DNA of 64,000 bases from a bacterium (GTDB taxonomy: Bacteria; Bdellovibrionota_C; UBA2361; RFPC01): NCBI GenBank assembly GCA_030431715.1, contig JAUIIO010000004.1, positions 977 to 64,976 on the forward strand. Direction: 5' to 3'. Positions 1 through 9,171 of the stretch are shown here, piece by piece. Within the stretch, counting starts at the first letter, position 1. Each line of letters starts with the position of its first letter. The notes under the pieces were generated by a model. The model had not been told where the DNA came from. It ran no database searches and saw only the letters and a list, made by a program, of their open reading frames with translations. A program made the position numbers and the translations under genes.

Positions 1-2366
1 CGAATGACTAAAGGGTGTTCCGGGTAGCGGTCGGTGTAGAATGCTATCATGTTGTCAGTGCCTCTCAGGCCGTGGAAAGGGCTGTCACTTTCAATTGTCT
101 TGAGGGAAACCGTAGCATTTTCACCATCGTACGCAGCTATATAATGTAGCCGATTCCCGGCAAGTGCTGCCTCATCACGAAGCCCAGTTATCTCATCTGT
201 TGAGGAGGGCAGTAGAGCGTAAAATTCCTCGATACTGCCAGCTTCCATGCAGCTATCAGGAAGCATTGGGGAGAGCTGGATATCTTGAAGTTCCATAGGA
301 AAGCCCGAGGATCGGATAAGGATAAGGAGCTTACGGGCAACATCCAATCCACTCAGATCCTCTCGAGGGTCAGGCTCAGTATATCCGAGATCTTGTGCCT
401 CTCTGACGAGAGTTGAGAAATCTTTGCCTTCCATAAAGGCATTAAAAAGATAGCTGAGGGTGCCAGAGAGTGTGGCTTCAATTTTACGCACCCGATCTCC
501 AGTAACGAGAATTTCACGTAGCGTTGAGATTACCGGCAAAGCAGCGCCAACACTTGTTTCAAAACGGATTGGAACCTCGTTCTCTCTTGAGATTTTAAGA
601 AGTTCCTGAAAGGTTTTTTGTGAAGCGGTTTGCACTTTTTTGTTTGAGGTAATGATCGGTATTCTGTTTTTTAGAAGCTTCTTATAAAGTTCAGAGAGTT
701 CGTCAGATGCGGTGCAGTCAACGACAACGGTGTGTGAAAGGTGTGTTTCTAGGAGTGTTTCTAGTAGCACGTCAGGAGAGCTATAAGAGCTCCCGTTTTG
801 TTCGAGAATAAAAGGAGCCTGTCCCATATCAATCCCTTCAGGGGAAAGATAAAGGTTCCTGCTATTTGCAAGACCGATGAGTCGAATCTCAAGTCGGTGA
901 TTTTCACGAAGAAGCTCGTATTGTTCGGCGAGCTGAGTAAGAAGTGCTTTTCCTACCTGTCCCGGTCCTAGCAGGAAGAGGTGAACGCGTCTTAGATCCA
1001 TGAAGAACTTGCGGTGGATCGCGTTTAATGCAGCTTTTTCATCTTGTAGCGGAACAACGAATGAAATATTGCGTTCACTTGACCCTTGCGCAATGGCAAT
1101 GACATTAATTCTACTCGAAGCAAGGCTCTGAAACACTGCAGAGGCAACGCCTGGTGAGTGACGCATCTCCTGACCTACGACCGAAAGCGTTGCAATATCA
1201 CAATCAATTATCAGTGGATCGATCCGTCCCGTTTCGATTTCGAGTTGGAACTCTGACTCTACGGCTCTTTTTGCCCGGTCAATTTGTACCTCATCAATAG
1301 CAAAGCAGATAGAATGCTCAGAAGAAGCCTGAGAGATAAGTATGACGTTTATTTCTTCAGCACTGAGCGCGGCAAAGAGTCTGCGCGCAGAGCCAGTAAC
1401 GCCAACAAGCCCACTTCCCTGTAGAGTTACGAGAGCCGTATTTTGTAAAGAGGTAATGCCAGTTATGGTACGTCGCTTATGTGATATCTCAGGTAGAATT
1501 TTTGTACCCAGCATTTCGCTACGGAAGGTGTCTTTAATATGTATCGGGATGTTCTTCTCGCGAACAGGGCTAAGAGTGGGCGGATAGAGAACCTTTGCGC
1601 CAAAGTGACAGAGCTCCATCGCTTCCTCAAAGAGCATCTCTTCTATAACGAAAGCATCTTGTACTTTCGCCGGATCAGCAGTGAGCATGCCGGGAACATC
1701 AGTCCAGATCTCAAGAAGATCTGTTGAGAGTGCCGCTGCAACAAGAGCGGCAGTATAGTCAGAGCCACCTCTGCCGAGAGTGGTTGTTTCTCCGCCCGCC
1801 GTTGTGCCAATAAACCCGGGCAAAATCGCTACGCCGCTTGTACTAGCGAGGCTCTTTGAGATCTGTTCATAGGTACGAGCGCTATCAACAGAAGCGTTAC
1901 CAAACTTGTTGTCAGTGCTAATAAGCTCTCGGCTGTCTACAAAATGAGTTTCTATTCCGGATTCTTTGAGAATAAGGGTCATCAGCTGGGCAGAGAGCAG
2001 CTCTCCGCAGCTTATGATCCGGTCAGTAGTTTTTCCGGTCTCTTCCTTTAGTACCAGCAGAGCTGCGAGTTGATCTTCGATGTCGCTAAAGAGTGGATCT
2101 ATAAAATCACAGTCTTTTGATATTTGGAAATCTGTGGCGACTTGAGAGTGTCGCTGTTTAAGAGACTCTACCGCATCAGCAATGGTTGCCCGATCAATTT
2201 GGCCGCTGCATGTATCTCTAATAAGGCCGAGGAGAGAATCTGTTACGCCGCCAAAAGCAGAAAAGATAACCGCGCGAACATCAGTTCGACCTGAAAGAAC
2301 TGATATCACTTTATTAATTGAGGATGAATTGGCTACGGAAGAGCCGCCGAATTTGAGTACCTTCAT
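1..2366 (-). CDS. thrA: bifunctional aspartokinase / homoserine dehydrogenase (ThrA-type); C-terminal ~30 aa lie beyond window start
   Basis: Minus-strand translation from ATG at 2364-2366 gives MKVLKFGGSSVANSS... (canonical aspartokinase N-terminus). Two ACT-like regulatory segments follow, then LLGPGQVGKALLTQL (NAD-binding) and a homoserine-DH core ending ...NMIAFYTDRYPEHPLVI. Colinear with E. coli ThrA over ~790 aa. Absent from the ORF track only because no stop codon falls inside the window. Confidence 0.9.
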   Translation of the reverse strand, partial: MKVLKFGGSSVANSSSINKVISVLSGRTDVRAVIFSAFGGVTDSLLGLIRDTCSGQIDRATIADAVESLKQRHSQVATDFQISKDCDFIDPLFSDIEDQLAALLVLKEETGKTTDRIISCGELLSAQLMTLILKESGIETHFVDSRELISTDNKFGNASVDSARTYEQISKSLASTSGVAILPGFIGTTAGGETTTLGRGGSDYTAALVAAALSTDLLEIWTDVPGMLTADPAKVQDAFVIEEMLFEEAMELCHFGAKVLYPPTLSPVREKNIPIHIKDTFRSEMLGTKILPEISHKRRTITGITSLQNTALVTLQGSGLVGVTGSARRLFAALSAEEINVILISQASSEHSICFAIDEVQIDRAKRAVESEFQLEIETGRIDPLIIDCDIATLSVVGQEMRHSPGVASAVFQSLASSRINVIAIAQGSSERNISFVVPLQDEKAALNAIHRKFFMDLRRVHLFLLGPGQVGKALLTQLAEQYELLRENHRLEIRLIGLANSRNLYLSPEGIDMGQAPFILEQNGSSYSSPDVLLETLLETHLSHTVVVDCTASDELSELYKKLLKNRIPIITSNKKVQTASQKTFQELLKISRENEVPIRFETSVGAALPVISTLREILVTGDRVRKIEATLSGTLSYLFNAFMEGKDFSTLVREAQDLGYTEPDPREDLSGLDVARKLLILIRSSGFPMELQDIQLSPMLPDSCMEAGSIEEFYALLPSSTDEITGLRDEAALAGNRLHYIAAYDGENATVSLKTIESDSPFHGLRGTDNMIAFYTDRYPEHPLVI

Positions 2367-2400
2367 ATATGCTAAGTAATCATAGTTATCTTTGGAAACA

Positions 2401-2520
2401 AAGAGGGGAAAAGGGGAGGTGCGGAATGTGTTGTGTTTGTTATGTGGGAGAGGTGCAGGTGCAGGATGAAGATTAGGAGGAGGATGAGGAGGATGAGGTC
2501 GGAAAGAGGGGTAAGGTGCT
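2401..2520. repeat. polypurine tract with direct repeat GAGGAGGATGAG x2 upstream of thrA (pyrimidine-rich on the thrA sense strand)
   Basis: Read directly. 2475-2498 contains gaggaggatgag gaggatgag. Lies in the 269-nt divergent gap between thrA (-) and the 2636 gene (+). Confidence 0.5.
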
Positions 2521-2635
2521 GATTATACAGGTATATTAAATTTAGGTCTCAGCACTTTCTTATGTATCCTCCTTTCTTTCGTGAAGCATAACAGAAGTGT
2601 AGCAGGATATTTGAGAAAGAAACGTTTTAATTACT

Positions 2636-3553
2636 ATGCCCGAGTTTAATAATAACAACAAAGCGATGCAGGCAGTTTATGCCGCTCTGCGACAACGGCA
2701 GGCGAATTTAAACGCTCAGAGTGGGCGTAAGAAAGGCTCTGCTGCGCTTGGGGTAGAGGAAGAAGAAGCTCCTGAGTTGCAGGAGGCTTCGATCGGTGTC
2801 CAGCCTCAGTCTGATGGGGAGAGAAAGGTAGAGACTCCGGAGCGAGATGGAGCTGAACAAGATCAGAATAACACGCCTTTGCAAGACTCCCTTGATAAGG
2901 AATTTCGTGAACAGCTCTTTACTGCATATGCGGCGCAAGAAGTTTCTGAAACGCGGCAGCAAGAGAGTGACGAATCGATCGCAGCTGCTAAAGCGTTTGT
3001 GTTTGATACAGCTGAAATCACGCAAAATTCTCCAGTAACTAAAAATCACACTGTTCACGTAGATGCTTTTACTTCTATTGCCCGGACAGGTCGTGAGGAG
3101 GCGCTTTGTTTTGTATACGAAGTAACCGGTGAAGCAGATATGATTCATCAAACCTACACCGGAGATCCGGATAATGAGGCGACCGCCAGTGTTCCGAACA
3201 ATCTTGGCCCGATTGAATTTGGAGTGCTCGGTAGAGAGTCGCGGGCGATCGGAGATTATGTCACAGAAGGGATGGTAGGAGTTGCGCAGATTGCCCAGAG
3301 CAGAATTGAAGAGAAGGTGATGGAGGCGGGACTGGATATGCCACTAGCAGAGTTCCCTGTGTCACTTGCTAGAATGCAGGGGGAAGTTGCAAGCGCTTCA
3401 GTGAGGAACCTCGTTCGTACTATTGGACGTGAAGCTCACAGACGAATTCTTGAGGTAGAGCTCATAGGTGGTGAAGAGACCAAGGAGCTTTTTAGAGCAA
3501 ATGAGCAATACGCTTCTAAGTTTCGATCAGGTTTAAAGGCAACGGCAGCATGA
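2636..3553 (+). CDS. hypothetical acidic protein (305 aa), first gene of a 3-gene operon
   Basis: Long ORF, divergent from thrA. Highly acidic N-terminal half (EEEEAPELQE...). No recognisable motif. Confidence 0.5.
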   Translation: MPEFNNNNKAMQAVYAALRQRQANLNAQSGRKKGSAALGVEEEEAPELQEASIGVQPQSDGERKVETPERDGAEQDQNNTPLQDSLDKEFREQLFTAYAAQEVSETRQQESDESIAAAKAFVFDTAEITQNSPVTKNHTVHVDAFTSIARTGREEALCFVYEVTGEADMIHQTYTGDPDNEATASVPNNLGPIEFGVLGRESRAIGDYVTEGMVGVAQIAQSRIEEKVMEAGLDMPLAEFPVSLARMQGEVASASVRNLVRTIGREAHRRILEVELIGGEETKELFRANEQYASKFRSGLKATAA

Positions 3554-3574
3554 TAGGTTTTACAAGAGGAGTCA

Positions 3575-4036
3575 GTGATGGAAGTTACTGTTAAAAATAG
3601 GTTTAATGAAATCTTCGATATCGAGATTGATGGTTGGTGTTACGGGATTCATAACTATCCCGGAGAGAAGTTCCCCGGACTTATTCACGGTGTGGTACGA
3701 GAACTCAGACCAACATTCCTTGCCGCGATTGAACACCACTACGCTTTTAATATCCTTGAAGTAGGAAAGAAAATTTCAAAAGCCTCAAAGTATCTTGTAC
3801 ACGAGAAAGAGATTGTTTTTAGTATTCTCGCTCATTTTCCACGTCCACGTGATCTCGATGAAGAAGGGCAGTACGTTATGGCCGAAATCGTAGATCTCGT
3901 TGAGCAAAAGTGGGGCGGAGCGCTTGAGCGGCTTCAACGCCGCTGGGCAAAGATTACTCAGGAAGAAGAAGAGGCGCTCTATGCTCGAAGAGCATCGCTC
4001 GAAGCTGCCGAGGAAGAGGCTGAAGAAGCTGCCTGA
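3575..4036 (+). CDS. hypothetical protein (153 aa) with acidic C-terminal tail
   Basis: ORF 22 nt downstream of the previous gene, same strand. C-terminus EEEEALYARRASLEAAEEEAEEAA. No known domain recognised. Confidence 0.5.
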   Translation: MMEVTVKNRFNEIFDIEIDGWCYGIHNYPGEKFPGLIHGVVRELRPTFLAAIEHHYAFNILEVGKKISKASKYLVHEKEIVFSILAHFPRPRDLDEEGQYVMAEIVDLVEQKWGGALERLQRRWAKITQEEEEALYARRASLEAAEEEAEEAA

Positions 4037-4086
4037 TAGCCTTCCCCACAATTCTTTCTGGCCTCTTTGACTAATACTTTACATTC

Positions 4087-4998
4087 TTGTTACCCTACTC
4101 CTTCTACGTGCGATTAAGTAGTAGTTGTAAGCACATGGGTATAGAACATAGCCGAAATCCGCAGCCGCCAGAGGGAGACCCCCCGAAAGATCCTACCGGG
4201 AGCCACGCCTGTAACCGTATCCAGCGCTATGACGTGAATCTTAATAGCGCCTTTACGCACGATCTTGATGTGCTCATAAGAGAGCCTGAGCTTGAGCAGG
4301 CTATTCAAAGAGAGCTGCAGAAGGCTTACAAGAAGGGCCGTGAACTCATCCCTGCAGTGGATGTAAAGAAATCGACTCTGAATCTCTTTAAGCGCGGAGC
4401 TCTTAACTATGCCGACAAGGTGCTCGAGTCTCATGATTATGATTATAGAAATATTACTCCTTGTATATACGGAGTAAGCGCATACTCTCTTAGAAGGTCT
4501 GGTGAGGTTGATCGGATCTACGCGGCAGCTCTTACTTTTTACGACGACTGTGGCATGGCGAGTTATGTTCAAACGCCATATGGCATTCATCCGGTACAAG
4601 GAGAGGGGCGTACGCTGGTTGAGCATATCGCTACTACCTATCCTAGTGGAAAAAAGGAAAATTGGTGGTACTACTCAACCTTCCTTGCTCCCAAGACATT
4701 TGAGCAAGAGGTGAAGAACTTGAAAGACTTCTGCAGCAATTTTACATGCGGCGATATGGAGAGTGAATCCTGTTTTCTTCACGATTATGCGCTTGAAGAG
4801 CTGCAAGATCTCTTCGATCAAGAGTGTCAGCGTGAAGGCGAGGAGCGTCTTGCGTTACCTGAGCTTGTTCAGGATATGCAGATGAGTAATCGTGATGAAG
4901 GCGTGTTCAGGCTTTCTATGTTTGACCGGTACTTTCTTTTTAAACCGAAGCTCAACAAAAATTACATGCTAAGTTTGAATCTGGTAGCAACTGCCTAA
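4087..4998 (+). CDS. hypothetical protein (303 aa; true start may be the internal Met at ~4135)
   Basis: ORF continuing the same-strand operon. Cys- and aromatic-rich, no recognised motif. Converges on the fadB-like gene with a 9-nt gap. Confidence 0.45.
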   Translation: MLPYSFYVRLSSSCKHMGIEHSRNPQPPEGDPPKDPTGSHACNRIQRYDVNLNSAFTHDLDVLIREPELEQAIQRELQKAYKKGRELIPAVDVKKSTLNLFKRGALNYADKVLESHDYDYRNITPCIYGVSAYSLRRSGEVDRIYAAALTFYDDCGMASYVQTPYGIHPVQGEGRTLVEHIATTYPSGKKENWWYYSTFLAPKTFEQEVKNLKDFCSNFTCGDMESESCFLHDYALEELQDLFDQECQREGEERLALPELVQDMQMSNRDEGVFRLSMFDRYFLFKPKLNKNYMLSLNLVATA

Positions 4999-5007
4999 AG
5001 CGCCAGA

Positions 5008-7164
5008 TTACGCTATGCTCTGAAAGAATGTCTTGTCTGATTTTGCCCGCTGAATGATCCCTTCACACGGCTGAAAGCGATCCCCGTGCTGTTTATTGAG
5101 ATGATTGAGCGTAGAGAGGATGCTCTTAGCACCTAGAGAGTTCGCATAATAGAGAAGTCCTCCTCGAAAGGGAGGAAAACCCATTCCCATAACAGTACCG
5201 AGATCAACCTGATTGGCGGCCTGTTGTCCGGGCTCGCCAGCTACTCCCTCGTCGAGGCACAGTACGGCTTCGTTTATGAGACTCATAAGGAGTCTGTCTA
5301 AAACGACTTTCTCATCACCGAGGTCTCTATTTCTTTTAAGATCAAGAAGTTTAAATGCTTTTTCAGAGGGGACTTCTGTATCAGTTGAATAGTCATAAAA
5401 TCCACAACCAGATTTTTTACCAAACATCTCCGCATCCAAAAGCGTTTTCACCAGAGGGGGGCCTTTCATGCGCGCGCCATATCCTTCAAACATGACTTCA
5501 GAAACGTGGTAAGCGATATCAAGGCCGACTTCATCGAGAAGGCGAATAGGCCCCATCGGCATGCCAAATTTGAGCGCTGCGTTATCAATATCTAGAACCG
5601 AATATCCATCTACCAAGAGATAGGCGGCTTCATAGAGGTATGGTGTTAGGATACGATTGACGAGGAAGCCGGGAACGTCCTGCGCGACAATTGGAAACTT
5701 TCCAAGTTTTGTTGCGAGAGCACAGAGGACTGAAACCGTTTTGTCATCTGTCTTCTTACCAAGAATGACCTCAACGAGTGGCATCTTTGGTACTGGATTA
5801 AAGAAGTGCATTCCAGCGACACGCTCGGGATGTGGTATGCCTTCCGCAATCGCTGAAACCGAAAGAGAGGAGGTGTTTGTTGTGATGATCGCGTTGTCAG
5901 GCATCTTCGCCGCAAGGGATCCTAGGACTTCTTTTTTGACCTTGAGATCTTCAAAGATAGCTTCTATGGCAAAGTCCGCATTCGATACATTCGGAGATTC
6001 GCCGACGGTGGTTTCGATGCGGTTCAGTATAAAACTCTTATCTGACTCTGAGAGGTATCGAATCTTTCCTAGGAAGTTCGAGATCTGCTCCCGACCTCGA
6101 GCCAGTGCTTTCTCCGTGGTATCCTGCAGAATGACACGGTAATCCTTTCTTGCCATTATACCAGCTATCCCTGCGCCCATTACCCCGGCGCCAACGACTA
6201 CAGCGGTAAGATCTGTAACGAGGTCTTTTGCACTTTTGCCTATGCCTTTTGATTCTTCCGTGAGGAAGAAGAGCCGCACAAGAGCCTTGCATTCCGGCGT
6301 CACAAGAAGACGGCCAAGTTCTTTTGCCTCTCGCTCATATCCTCGCGCTTTTCCTTTCTCAAGGCCATAAAGGACGGTCTCAAGAGCTGCTGGTGGCGCT
6401 GGATAATTCCCTCGTGTTTGCTTACGCAGTTTTTTGGATGCTGATTTCTTTACGAAATTTCTTCCAAAAGAAGTCTTAGCAAGGATCTTATCAAGGAGAG
6501 AGATCCCTTTCGTGCTCGGTTTGATTTTCTTTAAGCAGATATTTTCAGCTGTGCTAATGAGCTTATCATAGGGGTTTATTTGGTTTACGAGCCCACAGGA
6601 GAGTGCTTGACGTGGCTTAAGGACTTTCCCGGCTAGAATGATATCAAGAGACTTACGGAGACCAACAAGACGAGGAAGGCGCTGTGTGCCTCCGAACCCC
6701 GGCAGGATTCCTATCTTTACCTCTGGAAGACCAATAACACTTCCCGGCTCTTCAGTGATAATGCGGTAGTTACATGCTAAAACCATCTCGCAGCCTCCCC
6801 CTACGCATGGACCGCTTATTGCTGCGACCGTGGTGCAGGGGAGCTCCTCAAGAAGTGAGTAAACCGACTGTCCTTCTTTGGCCAGCTCTTCCGCTACAAC
6901 AGGATCTGTTAGCCCCTGAATAGCATTAATATCTGCGCCTGCTGTGAACATGCTGGCTGAGGGGCCAGTGAGAATGAGTCCTTTTGAGCTTGCTGCCTTT
7001 ACCTTATTCAGGGCCTCTTTAAGAGACGCCATGCGTTCTGCAGTAAGGGTTACAACTCTCTCATCTTCCGAGCCGAGCCTTAGAAGGTGTACTCCACTGG
7101 GGAGCTCCTCGAGTTGAACTCTGGGCTGAGCTTTTGGCTTTGTTTTTTCTTGCTGTTCTTCCAT
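5008..7164 (-). CDS. fatty-acid oxidation complex alpha subunit (enoyl-CoA hydratase / 3-hydroxyacyl-CoA dehydrogenase fusion, FadB/FadJ-like)
   Basis: 718 aa. N-terminal crotonase fold. Central Rossmann motif AVVVGAGVMGAGIAGI typical of 3-hydroxyacyl-CoA dehydrogenase. C-terminal 3HCDH_C-like region. Same domain order as FadB. Confidence 0.85.
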   Translation of the reverse strand: MEEQQEKTKPKAQPRVQLEELPSGVHLLRLGSEDERVVTLTAERMASLKEALNKVKAASSKGLILTGPSASMFTAGADINAIQGLTDPVVAEELAKEGQSVYSLLEELPCTTVAAISGPCVGGGCEMVLACNYRIITEEPGSVIGLPEVKIGILPGFGGTQRLPRLVGLRKSLDIILAGKVLKPRQALSCGLVNQINPYDKLISTAENICLKKIKPSTKGISLLDKILAKTSFGRNFVKKSASKKLRKQTRGNYPAPPAALETVLYGLEKGKARGYEREAKELGRLLVTPECKALVRLFFLTEESKGIGKSAKDLVTDLTAVVVGAGVMGAGIAGIMARKDYRVILQDTTEKALARGREQISNFLGKIRYLSESDKSFILNRIETTVGESPNVSNADFAIEAIFEDLKVKKEVLGSLAAKMPDNAIITTNTSSLSVSAIAEGIPHPERVAGMHFFNPVPKMPLVEVILGKKTDDKTVSVLCALATKLGKFPIVAQDVPGFLVNRILTPYLYEAAYLLVDGYSVLDIDNAALKFGMPMGPIRLLDEVGLDIAYHVSEVMFEGYGARMKGPPLVKTLLDAEMFGKKSGCGFYDYSTDTEVPSEKAFKLLDLKRNRDLGDEKVVLDRLLMSLINEAVLCLDEGVAGEPGQQAANQVDLGTVMGMGFPPFRGGLLYYANSLGAKSILSTLNHLNKQHGDRFQPCEGIIQRAKSDKTFFQSIA

Positions 7165-7420
7165 AATTTCTGATCAGGTCATACCATAATTTTACACTTT
7201 GCACAGAATGTAATTGATCTATAAGATACTCGAACGTTGAATACGATCTTATAAGAGCAAACTTCGGGTAGCTACATAACCTCCTGAAAAGAATATAGAA
7301 ACCTGCCTCCGCTAGAATGCGGTCACCGTTTGCGTCCTGATCGGGAATACGCTAATTTGATGTGTTGAATTTAGAGCTCAAGCCAAGTGAGGTTGAGTTG
7401 TAATAGTAGGAGAATATGAC

Positions 7421-8116
7421 GTGAACGATTTTGTTAATCAGGTCTCACAATTTTCAGATCCGGGAAAGATTATCACGGTATCGCAAGTATCAATATGCCT
7501 CGGAATGGCCTTTTTGTTGGCTGTTGTGGTTGCAAAAACGTACCAGATTACTTATCGGGGTGTTTCCTTTTCACCATCTTTCATGGTGACCCTTGTTATC
7601 TGTTCAATGGTAATTGGGGCAGTCATGCTTATCATTGGAAGTAATATTGCTCGGGCATTTAGTCTCGTTGGTGCTCTCTCAATTATCCGCTTTCGTAATG
7701 CGGTTAAAGACCCACGTGATGTAGCGTATATCTTCCTTGTAATGGGTATTGGTATGGCGTGTGGAACAGGCTTCTATGATGTGGGGATTTCGCTTACCGC
7801 GATTACCTGCGCTGCCTCGTTGCTTCTCTCCTTTGTTCGATTCGGAGAGCATGGCCTTACAGAGAGACTTCTTCGTATTCAAACTCCTGTGCTTCAGGAT
7901 TTTGAGCATATCTTTGATGATACCCTTAAGCTTCATGCAGAAAACTTTAGTCTCGTTTCGGCTGAGTCCACACGAATGGGCACCGAGATGGAGCTCACAT
8001 TCTCATTGCGTGTGCCAGAGAAGTTTAGCGTTCAGAAGCTTATCGATGACCTAGCGGCTCTTAACGAAAATCTTAAGATACAGGTTGTTGGCAGTAATCA
8101 CGTATTGGATCTCTAA
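7421..8116 (+). CDS. polytopic membrane protein, DUF4956-like
   Basis: 231 aa. About 4 N-terminal TM helices plus a ~90-aa soluble C-terminus. Its size, topology and position immediately upstream of a VTC/CYTH-domain gene match the recurrent DUF4956 + VTC gene pair. Confidence 0.55.
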   Translation: MNDFVNQVSQFSDPGKIITVSQVSICLGMAFLLAVVVAKTYQITYRGVSFSPSFMVTLVICSMVIGAVMLIIGSNIARAFSLVGALSIIRFRNAVKDPRDVAYIFLVMGIGMACGTGFYDVGISLTAITCAASLLLSFVRFGEHGLTERLLRIQTPVLQDFEHIFDDTLKLHAENFSLVSAESTRMGTEMELTFSLRVPEKFSVQKLIDDLAALNENLKIQVVGSNHVLDL

Positions 8117-8119
8117 GCG

Positions 8120-8983
8120 ATGTCTCAAAGACGATTCCGGCATGAGTTAAAATATGTTGTGGACTTAAATGAGGCAGAGGCCTTTTTTGAGTCCATTATG
8201 CCCTATTGCGACTACGATCCGTATGCTGGAGCTACAAAGAGTTACGAAATAGCTAGTATCTATTATGATACCGCAGATCTTCGATTCTACTATGACAGAG
8301 AAGAATCTGTAGGCTATCGTAGAAAAATTCGCTTGCGATCGTATAACACGGACAGCAAAGCGACTGCGCTCTTTATCGAGATTAAGGAAAAACATAAGCA
8401 TTTCGTATCGAAGAAGCGTATTAATCTAAAAGATCAATCACTTCTCGAATGTGGTTTGCCGCATAATGAGATACCCCTTTCGCTTGTTGTTGCGCATATG
8501 GTTGATAGCGCAGAGGCTCGTGAGATTGATTATCTTGAGCGACGACTCAACCTTTATCCTGTTGTAAATATTCGGTATCACCGAAAGGCACTCATTCCAA
8601 AATTCGAACAGGATATGAGGATCACCCTTGATACAAGGATTACAGCAGGAGGGGCGTCGCTCCCTGCTTTTGATGCTGAGCATGAGCATGCCATTATTGC
8701 TCCTGATAAAGGCGTGCTTGAAATTAAGACCAATCGTTCTATACCTACGTGGTTGCAAGCAGCACTTATCCATTTTGGCATGGCTCAAACCAGATATTCC
8801 AAGTACTGTCTCGGAGTTGATAAGCTTTATGGAAAGGCTGGAAGAAACTGGTTCCCGCGAGCCACATCTGCTGGAACTGAGTCTGGCGCTTCTTCACAAG
8901 GCTCTGATACAGGTGAGCGCGGTGTTTCAGATGGCCGCAGTGAAATTTCGGAAGGGGGACCGGCGGCTCGTGCCGCAGGGTAG
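8120..8983 (+). CDS. VTC / CYTH-like (polyphosphate-polymerase-domain) protein with Gly/Ser/Ala-rich C-terminal tail
   Basis: N-terminal RHELKYVV matches the ExExK signature of CYTH/triphosphate-tunnel enzymes and the VTC domain. Lies 3 nt after the upstream membrane protein, suggesting translational coupling. Confidence 0.6.
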   Translation: MSQRRFRHELKYVVDLNEAEAFFESIMPYCDYDPYAGATKSYEIASIYYDTADLRFYYDREESVGYRRKIRLRSYNTDSKATALFIEIKEKHKHFVSKKRINLKDQSLLECGLPHNEIPLSLVVAHMVDSAEAREIDYLERRLNLYPVVNIRYHRKALIPKFEQDMRITLDTRITAGGASLPAFDAEHEHAIIAPDKGVLEIKTNRSIPTWLQAALIHFGMAQTRYSKYCLGVDKLYGKAGRNWFPRATSAGTESGASSQGSDTGERGVSDGRSEISEGGPAARAAG

Positions 8984-9171
8984 GGCGTTTTCTGCTATCT
9001 GAGCGTCGTCTTTTATTTTCGGCCTGTTACAACAAATTCCCCTACGCAAATCCCCTGTCCGCTGCACGGGAAACCCTTATTTTTCTAATAAGTCGAGGGA
9101 TTTAAGAACGCTAATCTCTTGTTCTGAGTTGGTCACGTCGAAGTACTCTTTAAGCCTTTTTTTTCGAAAAT

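Noticed and set aside
2401-2520. GAGGAGGATGAG direct repeat as a possible CRISPR or tandem-repeat array
   Set aside because: Only two short, imperfectly spaced copies within a purine-rich tract. No repeat-spacer periodicity anywhere in the window.
2367-2600. Candidate thr-type leader peptide / attenuator upstream of thrA
   Set aside because: The Ile/Leu/Thr-rich frame has no ATG/GTG/TTG start, and no terminator/antiterminator pair is evident. Kept only as a low-interest observation.
2708-3151. 147-aa minus-strand ORF (and the 63-aa + ORF at 2847-3038) inside the 2636-3553 gene
   Set aside because: Entirely antisense to or nested in a longer ORF. Low-complexity translation. No SD. Typical shadow ORFs.
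5646-6292. Several 84-161 aa ORFs on both strands within the fadB-like gene (5646-5915 -, 5657-6142 +, 6038-6292 -)
   Set aside because: Embedded in an unambiguous 718-aa two-domain enzyme gene. Arg/Ser-rich nonsense translations.
5008-7164. Possibility that the 718-aa ORF is two genes (hydratase plus dehydrogenase)
   Set aside because: Continuous frame with no internal stop. The domain order is that of the fused FadB/FadJ alpha subunit.
7679-8054. ORFs 7679-7936 (-) and 7749-8054 (+) overlapping the DUF4956-like gene
   Set aside because: Antisense or alternative-frame ORFs inside a well-formed membrane-protein gene.
8165-9002. Four overlapping ORFs (8165-8401 -, 8438-8788 -, 8578-8781 -, 8628-9002 +) across the VTC gene
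   Set aside because: All nested within the 8120-8983 coding frame, which has the recognisable CYTH motif.
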